From NCBI GenBank assembly GCA_948473085.1, contig CAOKWH010000006.1, positions 6,034 through 70,033 on the forward strand: DNA of 64,000 nucleotides, read 5' to 3'. Both the position numbers and the translations under genes were made by a program. The first letter of the stretch is position 1. Each line of letters begins with the position of its first letter. This document shows positions 9,917 to 18,930 of the stretch, piece by piece. The DNA comes from an uncultured Clostridia bacterium (GTDB taxonomy: Bacteria > Bacillota > Clostridia > Oscillospirales > Ruminococcaceae). The notes beneath the pieces are model-generated. The model ran no database searches. It was not told where the DNA came from and saw only the letters and a list, made by a program, of their open reading frames with translations.

Positions 9917-10750
9917 ATGGATATTTATGTAATTCCTGTACTGCTGGTGGCCGGAATTGGTGTGCTGGCAGGACTGATTCTGGCTATCGCCTCAAAGTTT
10001 ATGGCCGTAAAGGTGGATGAGCGGTTTAACGATCTGCGGGATGCCCTGCCCGGCGCAAACTGCGGCGGCTGTGGCTTTGCAGGCTGTGACGCCTATGCCA
10101 ATGCTCTGCTGGAAAACCCCGACCTGTCCACTAGCCTTTGCCCGGTGGGTGGTGCTGCTGTTGCCCAGAAGCTGAGTACAATTATGGGTGTGGCCTTTGA
10201 GGAAGCTGCCCCCAAGTATGCGCTGGTACACTGCAATGGTACCTGTGACAACACCACCTATGCCTCCGATTATGAGGGTCCCAAGACTTGTGCGGCCTGT
10301 AATTCCCTGTTTGGTGGCCGCGGCACCTGCGCCTACTCCTGTATTGGTTTTGGCGATTGTGTAGCTGCCTGTAAGTATGATGCTATCCATCTGGTGAATG
10401 GCGTAGCTGTTGTGGATCCCGAGGCCTGCATTGCCTGCGGTATGTGCGCCAAGGCCTGCCCCAAGAACCTGATTGACATTGTACCGGCTGCCAGCCAGGT
10501 TTATGTCAGCTGTTCTTCCCATGCCAAGGGCGCTGTTACCCGTCAGGCTTGTAAGGTGGGCTGTATTGCCTGCCGCAAGTGTGAGAAGACCTGCCCGGAG
10601 CAGGCTATTACCATCACAGACAACTTGGCTTCCATCGATCCGGAAAAGTGTGTAAACTGCGGCCAGTGTGTGGGTGTTTGCCCCACTGGTGCTATCCGCA
10701 CTGTTGCCCACTGCGAACTGCCTCTGAAGGCGATTGCCGGCCAGGATTAA
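9917..10750 (+). CDS. rnfB: Rnf complex subunit B (polyferredoxin)
   Basis: N-terminal TM helix, the CGGCGFAGC motif and four CxxCxxCxxxCP 4Fe-4S motifs. Confidence 0.9.
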   Translation: MDIYVIPVLLVAGIGVLAGLILAIASKFMAVKVDERFNDLRDALPGANCGGCGFAGCDAYANALLENPDLSTSLCPVGGAAVAQKLSTIMGVAFEEAAPKYALVHCNGTCDNTTYASDYEGPKTCAACNSLFGGRGTCAYSCIGFGDCVAACKYDAIHLVNGVAVVDPEACIACGMCAKACPKNLIDIVPAASQVYVSCSSHAKGAVTRQACKVGCIACRKCEKTCPEQAITITDNLASIDPEKCVNCGQCVGVCPTGAIRTVAHCELPLKAIAGQD

Positions 10751-10763
10751 GAAAAGGTTCCTT

Positions 10764-10797
10764 AAAAGCACACAGCTTTATGCTGTGTGCTTTTTTC
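10764..10797 (+). terminator. Intrinsic terminator of the rnf operon
   Basis: GCACACAGC-TTTAT-GCTGTGTGC perfect 9-bp stem flanked by AAAA and TTTTTT. Confidence 0.8.
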
Positions 10798-11159
10798 TTG
10801 CGTAAAAAAGGGGTACAGCAGAAAAATGAAGGGGATTTCCACAGAAATTGCAGAATTGTTGAAAAGTTGTTGACAAAATGCGGGGGTATAATTGTCTTAG
10901 ATAGAACAGGTTGCAGGAATGGGCTGTTATTCTGCCGCTTTTGGGAATAAGCCAGTAGTTTGTACAAAATTTAGGGGGAAAACAATCATATTTGAAGTGG
11001 AATCCCCTGTATATTGTAGTAGGGCTCTTGAGAACGAAAGCTTTTGGAAGTAAATTGGAGTAGAGGAAAAGAGCTGGAAAAGGTTCGGTCAAAATAGATA
11101 ACAGGGTGCAAGTGAGATTGTAAGGTTCGACAATTTATATTTATATTCACTAAAAGTTA

Positions 11160-11188
11160 TTGACATTTGATGAATAAAATTATATATT
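11160..11188 (+). promoter_or_regulatory. Candidate sigma-A promoter for the YheO-like regulator gene
   Basis: TTGACA-17 nt-TATATT, about 60 nt upstream of ATG 11249. Confidence 0.4.
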
Positions 11189-11248
11189 AAAGTTGAAATT
11201 ATAAAAAATTCTTATTGTGATAAAAATATTACAATCGAGGGGGACACA

Positions 11249-11914
11249 ATGCATCCGATCATCCAAGAGTATTGTAATTTAGTAAAATTTTTGGGCGGGG
11301 TGTTGCCATCCTATGTGGAAGTAGCGCTGCACGATTATTCCAATCCCGACCATTCCATTGTAGCCATTGCCAACGGGCATGTTACAGGACGCACATTGGG
11401 CTATCCGCTGGGCGGCAACGGGTTGCAGATGCTGCGGGAGCGGGCGTTTGAACGCCAGGAAATGTACATACGCTTTCGGGGATATTCTGAAAAGCATCCC
11501 AATATTATCTCTTCCACAAAGTTTATTATGGATGAGGATGGAAACCCGCTTGGGGTACTCTGTATCAATTATGATTACAGGCAGGTACAATCCACTTTGC
11601 AAACCTTGACCGAACTGTTTTTACTAACCGATATTCCGGAGGCTGGAATCAGCGAGGCTTATACAGTAAAAACAGAAAAGTACCCCGACCGCATGGAAGA
11701 TGTGGTATCAGATATTCTCTGGGATGAGATTGCCAAAAGGCAGGTATCGGTGGAACGCATGACCCAGGAAGAAAAAATTTATATTGTGGAGCGTCTGGAA
11801 GCCAGAGGGGTTTTCTTTTTCAAGGGCGCGGTTGCAGAGGTAGCGAAAGGGCTGCAATCTTCCGAGGCCACCATCTACCGGTATCTCTCCAAAATTAACA
11901 AAAACAAATCATAA
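11249..11914 (+). CDS. YheO-like transcriptional regulator (PAS-like domain plus C-terminal HTH)
   Basis: N-terminal half typical of the YheO-type PAS domain. C-terminal SEATIYRYLSKI helix-turn-helix. GAGGGGGA RBS. Confidence 0.7.
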   Translation: MHPIIQEYCNLVKFLGGVLPSYVEVALHDYSNPDHSIVAIANGHVTGRTLGYPLGGNGLQMLRERAFERQEMYIRFRGYSEKHPNIISSTKFIMDEDGNPLGVLCINYDYRQVQSTLQTLTELFLLTDIPEAGISEAYTVKTEKYPDRMEDVVSDILWDEIAKRQVSVERMTQEEKIYIVERLEARGVFFFKGAVAEVAKGLQSSEATIYRYLSKINKNKS

Positions 11915-11996
11915 ACTGTTTTTCCGTCTGCGGTTTCTGTGCACAGCCGCGGCTGAAAATAAAATTAGGGTATAAAACAGAAAGCGAGGAGAAGTT

Positions 11997-12716
11997 ATGA
12001 CCCAAGAGTATAACAATATGGCAAACAGCCTTATCATGTGGTTAGCTTGTGCGCCTGGTGTATTGATTGTACTGTTTCAAGCGTGGCTGTTCTACCGCCG
12101 CAGCAAAAAGGATGCCGTTCGAGTTGGTCTGACAGAGGACCAGGTAAAATCGGCTGTACGAAGCGCTATGGTTACCTCGGTAGGTCCGTGTTTTGTAATG
12201 CTTACTGCAATGCTGTCGCTGATGCTCTATGTGGGAGCGCCATTGGCCTGGCTGCGTGTGGACTTTATCGGTTCGGTATCCTATGAGCTGCAGGGTGCAA
12301 ACTTTGCAGCAGAAGGTATGGGCATTGAGCTGGGTACGGCCGCTATGGATGCCGCATTCCTCTCCACTGCTTCCATCGTTATGTCGTTAGGCTGTATTGG
12401 TTGGGTAATTTTTGCAGCTTTGTTCTCGGACAAAATGGAAAAGGTAAACGCTGTAATGAGCGGCGGCAATGAAAAGTTGGTTCCCATCCTGGGCACCGGC
12501 GCTCTCATCGGTGTATATTCGTCCCTGACAATGGACCGTCTGTATCCCTTTAAAAACCAGGGTTTTGCCGTTCTTTCTTCGGCGGCGCTGATGTTCCTAA
12601 TCCAATCTTACAATAAAAAAGCCAATAAACAGTGGATTAAAGAGTGGGGGCTTACCATCTGCATGGTATTCGGCATGGTTTGTGCCACTATTTCGGAAAG
12701 CTTTATTACACTGTAA
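11997..12716 (+). CDS. Polytopic membrane protein (tentatively DUF5058-like)
   Basis: 239-aa ORF with about 6 hydrophobic segments and GAGGAG RBS. Family name is from memory only. Confidence 0.55.
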   Translation: MTQEYNNMANSLIMWLACAPGVLIVLFQAWLFYRRSKKDAVRVGLTEDQVKSAVRSAMVTSVGPCFVMLTAMLSLMLYVGAPLAWLRVDFIGSVSYELQGANFAAEGMGIELGTAAMDAAFLSTASIVMSLGCIGWVIFAALFSDKMEKVNAVMSGGNEKLVPILGTGALIGVYSSLTMDRLYPFKNQGFAVLSSAALMFLIQSYNKKANKQWIKEWGLTICMVFGMVCATISESFITL

Positions 12717-12743
12717 TAGAGCAGTAAAGGAGGAAATCTGGTT

Positions 12744-13448
12744 ATGACTGACAAGGAGCGGGCAGTATTTCACGAGGAATATATGCCGTATATTATCAAG
12801 TGGGGCAAGCTAACCTGCTGGATCTCCATCCCGCTGATTTTGATTCCGGCGCTGGCACTGTATATTTTCTACCGCGCTGTGCCTTCTATTAGCGGTATTG
12901 TTACCGGTTTTATCGCACTGTTTTCTTCTATGGTAGCATGGTATGTGGTGGATCCCATCACCCTCTATCCCATCCTGCATATTCCTGGCATGTATATGAC
13001 CTATATTGCAGGTAACTCCAAGGAAATCCGTGCCCCAGCTGCCACTGCGGCCCTGTCTTCGGCCGATGTGGAAGCAGGCACCGAGCATGGCACCATCATT
13101 TCTGCCATTGCCATTTCGGTTTCTATCTTCATCAGCATTGCTGTAATGACACTGGTGGCGCTGGCCGGCAATTTTATCCTGAGCATTCTGCCTGCAGCAA
13201 TCATCTCTGCACTGAACTATCTGCTGCCTGCCCTGTTTGGCGCTATGTGTATGCAGCGTATTATGATGGATTACAAATCTGCGGCTATCCTGCTGCCCTG
13301 TGCTCTGGTTATCCGCTATCTCAGCACCCTGGGCGTGTTTAAGGTACTGCCCTTTGGCGGCGGCTATGCCTCCATCCTGTCCTGCGTAATCATTGGTGTA
13401 TTTGTAGCAAAGACCCTGCATGGTGGCGCACTGAAAAAAGCGCAGTAA
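12744..13448 (+). CDS. Polytopic membrane protein, unknown family
   Basis: 234-aa ORF with several hydrophobic segments and AGGAGGA RBS. Tightly follows the previous gene. Confidence 0.55.
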   Translation: MTDKERAVFHEEYMPYIIKWGKLTCWISIPLILIPALALYIFYRAVPSISGIVTGFIALFSSMVAWYVVDPITLYPILHIPGMYMTYIAGNSKEIRAPAATAALSSADVEAGTEHGTIISAIAISVSIFISIAVMTLVALAGNFILSILPAAIISALNYLLPALFGAMCMQRIMMDYKSAAILLPCALVIRYLSTLGVFKVLPFGGGYASILSCVIIGVFVAKTLHGGALKKAQ

Positions 13449-13489
13449 AAATATTCAACCATCTATTTTATCAAAGAGAGGTAACAATT

Positions 13490-14182
13490 ATGGGATTTAA
13501 CGAAAAGGTACACGCATTTATAGCAGCCAAGTTCTATGTACATCTCACCGAAAAGTTTGGCGATCGCGGCGAGCGGGCATTTATCCACGCCACCCAGTAC
13601 TATGCCGAGCAGCGTGGCCGCCGTATGGCACAGCGGGCCATTCGGGATGGCAGAACCCTGGAGTATGCTACCTATTTGGAGTATGGCGAGTGGATAAACA
13701 CCCCCGAAATTATTGAGGAAGGCTGCAACAACCAGTCCACCATTGAATCCTGGGCACCGGATTACCGCATCCACATTACCATGTGCCCGTGGTATACCCA
13801 GTTTAAAGAGATGGGCCTGCCCGATGCCGGCCATGTATACTGTGCCCATCTGGATAACTCCATCTGCCGGGGCTTTAACCCCTACCTGACCTACCTGGTA
13901 CCGGATACACTGCACAAGAGTGGTTTTTGCACCCATATTATCAAGGATGTAAACTTTGCCGAGGGCGAAAAGCATGCCAAAAAGCCGGAGTACCTCAAGG
14001 GTTTTGACTATCACTGCGGCCACTCCTACTGGTCCTACAGCGAAGTAGTAGCTGCTATCTTCGGCGCCGATGGCGAGGTTATCAGCGCTCAGGTAATGAA
14101 GGACTTTGAGGAAACCTACGGCAAGGAAATGGCTGACAAACTGGCCTCCTATAAGAACACAAACTTTAATGTTTGTGACTAA
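13490..14182 (+). CDS. Small Cys-containing hydrolase-like protein (tentatively the L-2-amino-thiazoline-4-carboxylic acid hydrolase family)
   Basis: 230-aa soluble ORF with GAGAGG RBS. The pattern (ERGxRMAQRA, CPW, YCxHLDxxxxxGFNP) resembles ATC_hydrolase-type proteins as I recall them. Confidence 0.45.
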   Translation: MGFNEKVHAFIAAKFYVHLTEKFGDRGERAFIHATQYYAEQRGRRMAQRAIRDGRTLEYATYLEYGEWINTPEIIEEGCNNQSTIESWAPDYRIHITMCPWYTQFKEMGLPDAGHVYCAHLDNSICRGFNPYLTYLVPDTLHKSGFCTHIIKDVNFAEGEKHAKKPEYLKGFDYHCGHSYWSYSEVVAAIFGADGEVISAQVMKDFEETYGKEMADKLASYKNTNFNVCD

Positions 14183-14206
14183 CCATACCAAGCCTCTGTA
14201 GACATA

Positions 14207-14252
14207 AAGGCGGCGGCGCACTCTTTTAATTGAGGGTGCGCCGCCGCCTTTT
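14207..14252. terminator. Bidirectional intrinsic terminator between convergent genes
   Basis: AAGGCGGCGGCGCAC / GTGCGCCGCCGCCTT 15-bp perfect stem followed by TTTT. Confidence 0.8.
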
Positions 14253-14603
14253 TTAGATCATCAGCTTTAGTTCCACCTGGGCGTCGGTGAGCTGGATATC
14301 GGCCTGTTCGGTCATCATACCAATCAGCAGCAATTCACTGCCATCTCCCATATCGCTGCTGCCAGCCAGTTCCCAATACTCTTCCACTGCGCCAAAGCGC
14401 CCGCTGCGGTTAAAGTATTCTTTCAGTTCTTCCAGTTCCCCGCGGCAGGCCGGGGTGTAGTCAGCGCGATAGGTTAGCCGATAATGCCCTGCTTCCCGCT
14501 GCAGCTTGCTTTCAATTTCGGTGGCGCCCATTCGGAGCAGAAAGGCAGTTAGCTCCTCACAAATTTTTATTACACGCTTTTTGTTATGCCGCATTGCTTT
14601 CAT
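14253..14603 (-). CDS. Hypothetical acidic 116-aa protein
   Basis: ORF overlapping the 3' end of the upstream membrane-protein gene by 20 nt. No family recognised. Confidence 0.5.
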   Translation of the reverse strand: MKAMRHNKKRVIKICEELTAFLLRMGATEIESKLQREAGHYRLTYRADYTPACRGELEELKEYFNRSGRFGAVEEYWELAGSSDMGDGSELLLIGMMTEQADIQLTDAQVELKLMI

Positions 14604-15861
14604 CCTCCCTTTTCAGGCTTTCAATAAACGGCACCAGCATCAGTGCCACCAGCCCGGCCGTAAAGCCGTTGTTATATAGATTTAACCCCCCATAGACCGA
14701 CCCCACAGTGGTAACAATAGCGCAGTGCAGCATGCCGGCAACAAAGCCCCAGATGGGGCCGAACTGCCCGGCTATGGGGGCAAGGCCAAACCCAAACAGC
14801 GCGGCCAACTGTATAGAAGGGTCGGCCGGTTGATAGCGCAGCAAAAAGGTGCTGGCCCACACCCCAGCGGCAATAGGGGCGCAGTTGCGCGGGTGCATGC
14901 CAAAGGCGGCAAACCCTATTGTGGTCAGGATAGCCCCCAGTGTGGGGCCGTTGAGATCCCCGCCGATGAGCAGCAGATACCCCAAGCACAGCAGCCCCAT
15001 CACTGCCATATTCATAAAGGTGGGGCCCACCCCATCCATAAATACAAAGTCGGCAATGGCCCGGCCGGAGTGCCGGGTAATGCGCCATAGGGTCGACAGC
15101 TTTTGCTCCGCCAGGATAAAGCCCAGCAGGAACAGAGCCAGACAGCCCGCCGCCAACCACAGAGCCAGCCAGATATCAATCCCCTTCCGCCAGAACATAA
15201 CGCTCTGGCTGTCCAGCCGAAACCCCCGCAGTACCGACATGATAGCAATGGCAATAAACCCTGCTGCAAACCCCACATTGTACAGGTTGTATCCCAGATG
15301 AAACGAGGCGGTGTGTGGGGCCACGGTGGGAATGGCAAAGCCGATGAAAATACCGGCCAATCCTCCAATAGCCAGGTTTATTACCGGGGAAAAGGGCAGG
15401 GCAGTCCAGAGATAGGATACAAAAGGGGCCAGGCAGGTGGAGAACAGGCCAATGTAGAGGTAACGGCTCCAGGGCTCCCGCTGGTAGCGGGAGAACAAAT
15501 AGTTGCCCAGCAGGATAGGGGCGGTATTCAGCGGGTTTTTGCCAAATAGTGCAAACCCCCCCATAATCATAATGGCGGCAATGCTCATGCCGCTGTAGGA
15601 AAGGCCCTGGGTGCGGGAGAGGAGCAAAGCCAGCAGCGTGACAATGCCGGCGTTTACCAGGGCGGGGCCGATGCCGCCTAAGACAAAGTAATCGGACAGC
15701 AGCACACCGGAGGAGACAAGAATGGCGCTCAGCTGTGGCAGAAGCTGGTTTGGCGGTGTGACAATCAGCCCGGTGATCAGCAGTAGGCAGCCATAGGCCA
15801 GCAGTACCCGGTGGATCATCTCCGAGGGCTTGATGGAAAGGGGGTGTTCAAAACGCTTCAT
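14584..15861 (-). CDS. Polytopic membrane protein with internal duplication (tentatively DUF1576-like)
   Basis: 425 aa with at least 10 hydrophobic segments. The two halves share motifs (FGKNPLNTAPI vs FGMHPRNCAPI; GYNLYNVGFAAG vs GLNLYNNGFTAG). Confidence 0.65.
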   Translation of the reverse strand: MKRFEHPLSIKPSEMIHRVLLAYGCLLLITGLIVTPPNQLLPQLSAILVSSGVLLSDYFVLGGIGPALVNAGIVTLLALLLSRTQGLSYSGMSIAAIMIMGGFALFGKNPLNTAPILLGNYLFSRYQREPWSRYLYIGLFSTCLAPFVSYLWTALPFSPVINLAIGGLAGIFIGFAIPTVAPHTASFHLGYNLYNVGFAAGFIAIAIMSVLRGFRLDSQSVMFWRKGIDIWLALWLAAGCLALFLLGFILAEQKLSTLWRITRHSGRAIADFVFMDGVGPTFMNMAVMGLLCLGYLLLIGGDLNGPTLGAILTTIGFAAFGMHPRNCAPIAAGVWASTFLLRYQPADPSIQLAALFGFGLAPIAGQFGPIWGFVAGMLHCAIVTTVGSVYGGLNLYNNGFTAGLVALMLVPFIESLKREDESNAA

Positions 15862-16579
15862 GCGATCCTCCTATACTAAAATAAGGGGATTCTGCCGCTT
15901 TCCGGAATAGGGCCAGACGCTCTTTGAAATCGGGCAGGGCGGCAGAAACCACCCGATAAAAGCGGGCAGAATGGTTGGGTACCACCAGATGGGATAGTTC
16001 ATGCACCACAACATATTCGGTGGCAGGCAGGGGGAAGTGTACCAGGCGGGTGCTGAAGGTGAGCTGCCCGGAGCGGATATTGCAGCTGCCGTAGCGGGAT
16101 TTCATATTCCGGCAGGAGAGGCCACCGGGCCGGACGCCATACTGCTGGAGGAAAAAGGGGGAGTGGTGTTCCAGAAATTCCTCTAAAACCGGCTGCAGCA
16201 GGGCTTTAAAAAGGGTTGTGGCCTGCCTGTGGGGGTAGGGGAGGCTTTCCGTCCCGGTAGGGAGCAGCAGCCGCCCCTCTGCCAGCTGCGGTTTGTTCTC
16301 CTGCCCAGCCAGAATGGGGTGTTCGCAACCAAATAGCCACAGGCTTTCCCCAACAGCCAGGCTGTCCGGCGGGGTGTGGTAGGGCGGCAGGGCGGCCAGC
16401 CGCTGTCTTGCCCGTTGGATGAACGGCAGATTTTTCAGTACAAAGGCGTCCACCCGCTGGGGGGAGGTGCGATATGGAGCAGAAACAGCTACGCTGCCGT
16501 TTGGGCGTACCCGCAGGTTAAGGTTTTTTACCTTTTTATAGGTAAGTTCAAATTCCACATTGTGTAGTTGCCGCAGCAC
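15848..16579 (-). CDS. DUF45/YgjP-type zinc metallohydrolase (M48-like)
   Basis: VVVHELSHLVVPNHS HExxH motif near the C-terminus and a YgjP-like N-terminal region. Overlaps the downstream gene by 14 nt. Confidence 0.75.
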   Translation of the reverse strand: MLRQLHNVEFELTYKKVKNLNLRVRPNGSVAVSAPYRTSPQRVDAFVLKNLPFIQRARQRLAALPPYHTPPDSLAVGESLWLFGCEHPILAGQENKPQLAEGRLLLPTGTESLPYPHRQATTLFKALLQPVLEEFLEHHSPFFLQQYGVRPGGLSCRNMKSRYGSCNIRSGQLTFSTRLVHFPLPATEYVVVHELSHLVVPNHSARFYRVVSAALPDFKERLALFRKAAESPYFSIGGSHEAF

Positions 16580-16689
16580 AGGCGCCGCCCCCTTTCGGAT
16601 ATGAGTTTGTTACAGGATAGGCACAAGAGAAAAGGGATGCACCTTCTGTTTGGATGGTGTATCCCTTTGCACAGAACAGGGAAATTTCC

Positions 16690-17412
16690 CTACAGCTCCA
16701 AATTTTTAAATTCGGCCAGGGTGATGGCCAATGCCCGTTCCTGGAGGGAAAGGTCGATCTCGGCATAGTTTTCCCCGGTAATCCGCCGGAGCAGCTCCCG
16801 GAGCAGCTCCGGGTTGCGCGGCAGCAGGGGGCCCATCTGCCAGGTGGCAAACAGGTTTTTGTACAAAGTGCCTTCGGTTTCCCCTGTGCCCTCATTGTCC
16901 CCGGGGCCTTTCAACACACGGAACAGGGGATAGCGGTTTTCGCCTATAATGTGGGCGGTACGATTGATAAACCCATAGCAGGCAATCTGTTCATCAAACA
17001 TCGGGCGGGAAACCACATCCCCGGTGAACACCTTGCCGGTTTCCCGGCCATGGTAGTCAAATAGGCCAATGCCCTGTTCCTCCCGGCCATCCGGGGTTTC
17101 AAAGGTTTTGCCAAACAGCAGCCGGGCATTGCCAGTGATAAAGAACACCCCACCGCCCTCCACCGCTGCGGTGACGGCTGCGGCATACTGCCGGAAGTGC
17201 CCCGCCGCTGCCGCCAGGTTTTTGGGCTTGCCATGGCCGATATAGACCAGGTCATATCCCGCGGGGGCAATTTCTTCCCCGAGCTGTGCCGTAACAACGC
17301 TGCAGGAGTGCCCCATCTGTTCCAGGGCCCGGCGTACAGCTGTAACATTGGTATAATCACCATACAGATCCAGCAGGTCGCTGTAAATATGGAGTATTTT
17401 GTATTCAGCCAT
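16690..17412 (-). CDS. gatD: GatD-like (CobQ-type glutamine amidotransferase-like) partner of MurT, lacking the canonical catalytic Cys/His
   Basis: Full-length similarity to lipid II isoglutaminyl synthase subunit GatD (TPDGREEQGIGLFDY, MGPLLPRN), but ITGNAR replaces the (I/V)CGG(Y/F)Q nucleophile elbow. Overlaps the murT stop by 1 nt. Confidence 0.75.
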   Translation of the reverse strand: MAEYKILHIYSDLLDLYGDYTNVTAVRRALEQMGHSCSVVTAQLGEEIAPAGYDLVYIGHGKPKNLAAAAGHFRQYAAAVTAAVEGGGVFFITGNARLLFGKTFETPDGREEQGIGLFDYHGRETGKVFTGDVVSRPMFDEQIACYGFINRTAHIIGENRYPLFRVLKGPGDNEGTGETEGTLYKNLFATWQMGPLLPRNPELLRELLRRITGENYAEIDLSLQERALAITLAEFKNLEL

Positions 17413-18719
17413 TATCGCAGCACCTCCAATATTCCGTCCTCATCGCCAAAAGCGGAGGCTGCCAGCACATAAATGGTGCCCTGGCTGCGCTTCATGGCTT
17501 CCCGGAGTTTTTTGTTGTCATCCTCTATAATCATCCGGCCCCGGTCAAAGCCGGCCAGTTCCAGCCGCACCGCCAAGTCATAGGCCCGGCTGCCGGAGCA
17601 GACAATGTAGTCGGCTTCCCCCACCAACCGTTCAAAGGATACATCGTAGAGCCAGGAGATGTCCTTGTCGTCGGTGTAGATAACATTATTGACATAAAGC
17701 GCCACTGTTTTGGGGCTTTCCTGGGTCAGGACAAAGGCGATGTTCTGGTCCAGGGATACGGGGTTCTGCTTTGTAAGCATCAGCACCGCTTTGCGGCCGT
17801 CCACATCAAATTCGTCATATCGTTCCCGGCTTACCTGGAAGGTGGCAGCCCCGCGGATAGCCCCCTCCAATGGCAGCCCGGCAGTGCAGCACACCGCCAC
17901 AGCCGCCGTGGTGTTCATAAAGTGGAAGGGGGTGGTGTAGTTTACCTGGGCGGGCAGGGTGTTGATGGTAAAGCGCCCGCTTTCAAAGTCCACCTGCTCC
18001 GCCAGATAGTCGGGCTGGGGGGTGTGATAGCCGCAGGCAGGGCAGCAGAACTGCCCAATGTGGTTGTAGTGGAAAAAGTCGTAGTTCAGCTTGCCAAAGC
18101 ACCTGGGGCACACCTTGGCATCGTGGGTGAGGTGCAGGCATTCCTCGGTGGAACGCCCGGTGCGGGCCATGCCGAAGGTGACAAACTCCCGGCCATCCCC
18201 CAGCTGCTGGGAGATGGGGTCGTTGGCATTGAGCACCAGCTGCCGGGCATGGGGCACAGCCTGGGAAATTTTTTCCAGGATAATGTCCGGGTTGCCGTTA
18301 CGCACCACCTGGTCCCGGAGCAGATTGTTCACCAGGAAAATATCCAGCGGAATCTGGGAGAATACAATGGGGGTAAAGCGCTCGTCTACCTCCAATACAA
18401 CAAAATCGCTGTGCAGGCGCCCGCCCAGCGTACAGTGTTCCAGCAGGGTAGTGGCAACACCAGCGGCCAGATTGGAGCCTTCGGTGTTGTTGATAACAGT
18501 ATGGCCGTTTTCCCGCAGAATGTGGGCTACCAGGTTGGAGGTGGTGGTTTTGCCATTGGAACCGGTAACGGCAATTACTTTGCCATCAAATTTCATCTTC
18601 TTTAACAAAGTGCTGTCCATCTTTAAAGCAATTTGGCCAGGCAGGGTGGTGGAACGCCCAACAAACCGCCCTGCAAAGCGGACCAATTTGCCAATGAGGA
18701 TTGCAAGAACAAATCTCAC
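17412..18719 (-). CDS. murT: Lipid II isoglutaminyl synthase subunit MurT (Mur ligase family with DUF1727-type C-terminal domain)
   Basis: VTGSNGKTTT P-loop, CPRC...CPAC zinc ribbon and the C-terminal DISWLYDVSFE motif. Confidence 0.85.
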   Translation of the reverse strand: MRFVLAILIGKLVRFAGRFVGRSTTLPGQIALKMDSTLLKKMKFDGKVIAVTGSNGKTTTSNLVAHILRENGHTVINNTEGSNLAAGVATTLLEHCTLGGRLHSDFVVLEVDERFTPIVFSQIPLDIFLVNNLLRDQVVRNGNPDIILEKISQAVPHARQLVLNANDPISQQLGDGREFVTFGMARTGRSTEECLHLTHDAKVCPRCFGKLNYDFFHYNHIGQFCCPACGYHTPQPDYLAEQVDFESGRFTINTLPAQVNYTTPFHFMNTTAAVAVCCTAGLPLEGAIRGAATFQVSRERYDEFDVDGRKAVLMLTKQNPVSLDQNIAFVLTQESPKTVALYVNNVIYTDDKDISWLYDVSFERLVGEADYIVCSGSRAYDLAVRLELAGFDRGRMIIEDDNKKLREAMKRSQGTIYVLAASAFGDEDGILEVLR

Positions 18720-18930
18720 TCTATTTCACATCCTTATCATTTACAGATTGAGGGGACAAATCCTTTTGGGAACCGACAACTAATTATATCGCCAAAAGCC
18801 GGATATTTCAATTGTTCCCAGCTGATTTTATTATGGCAGTTTCCCATCTGGTTAAACCTGGAACCTTTGGACTGTCCAGAAAATACAATGGAGGGAACCT
18901 GTTTGATAGAAAGTGGGGGAGTACCTTGCA

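Noticed and set aside
10798-11159. 360-bp AT-rich non-coding stretch after the rnf terminator, containing a TATAAT (10878-10883). I examined it for a riboswitch, sRNA or small ORF.
   Set aside because: I could not find a recognisable conserved RNA motif, a convincing stem-terminator pair, or a start codon plus RBS. The -35 spacing for the TATAAT is poor. Left unannotated; an Rfam scan would settle it.
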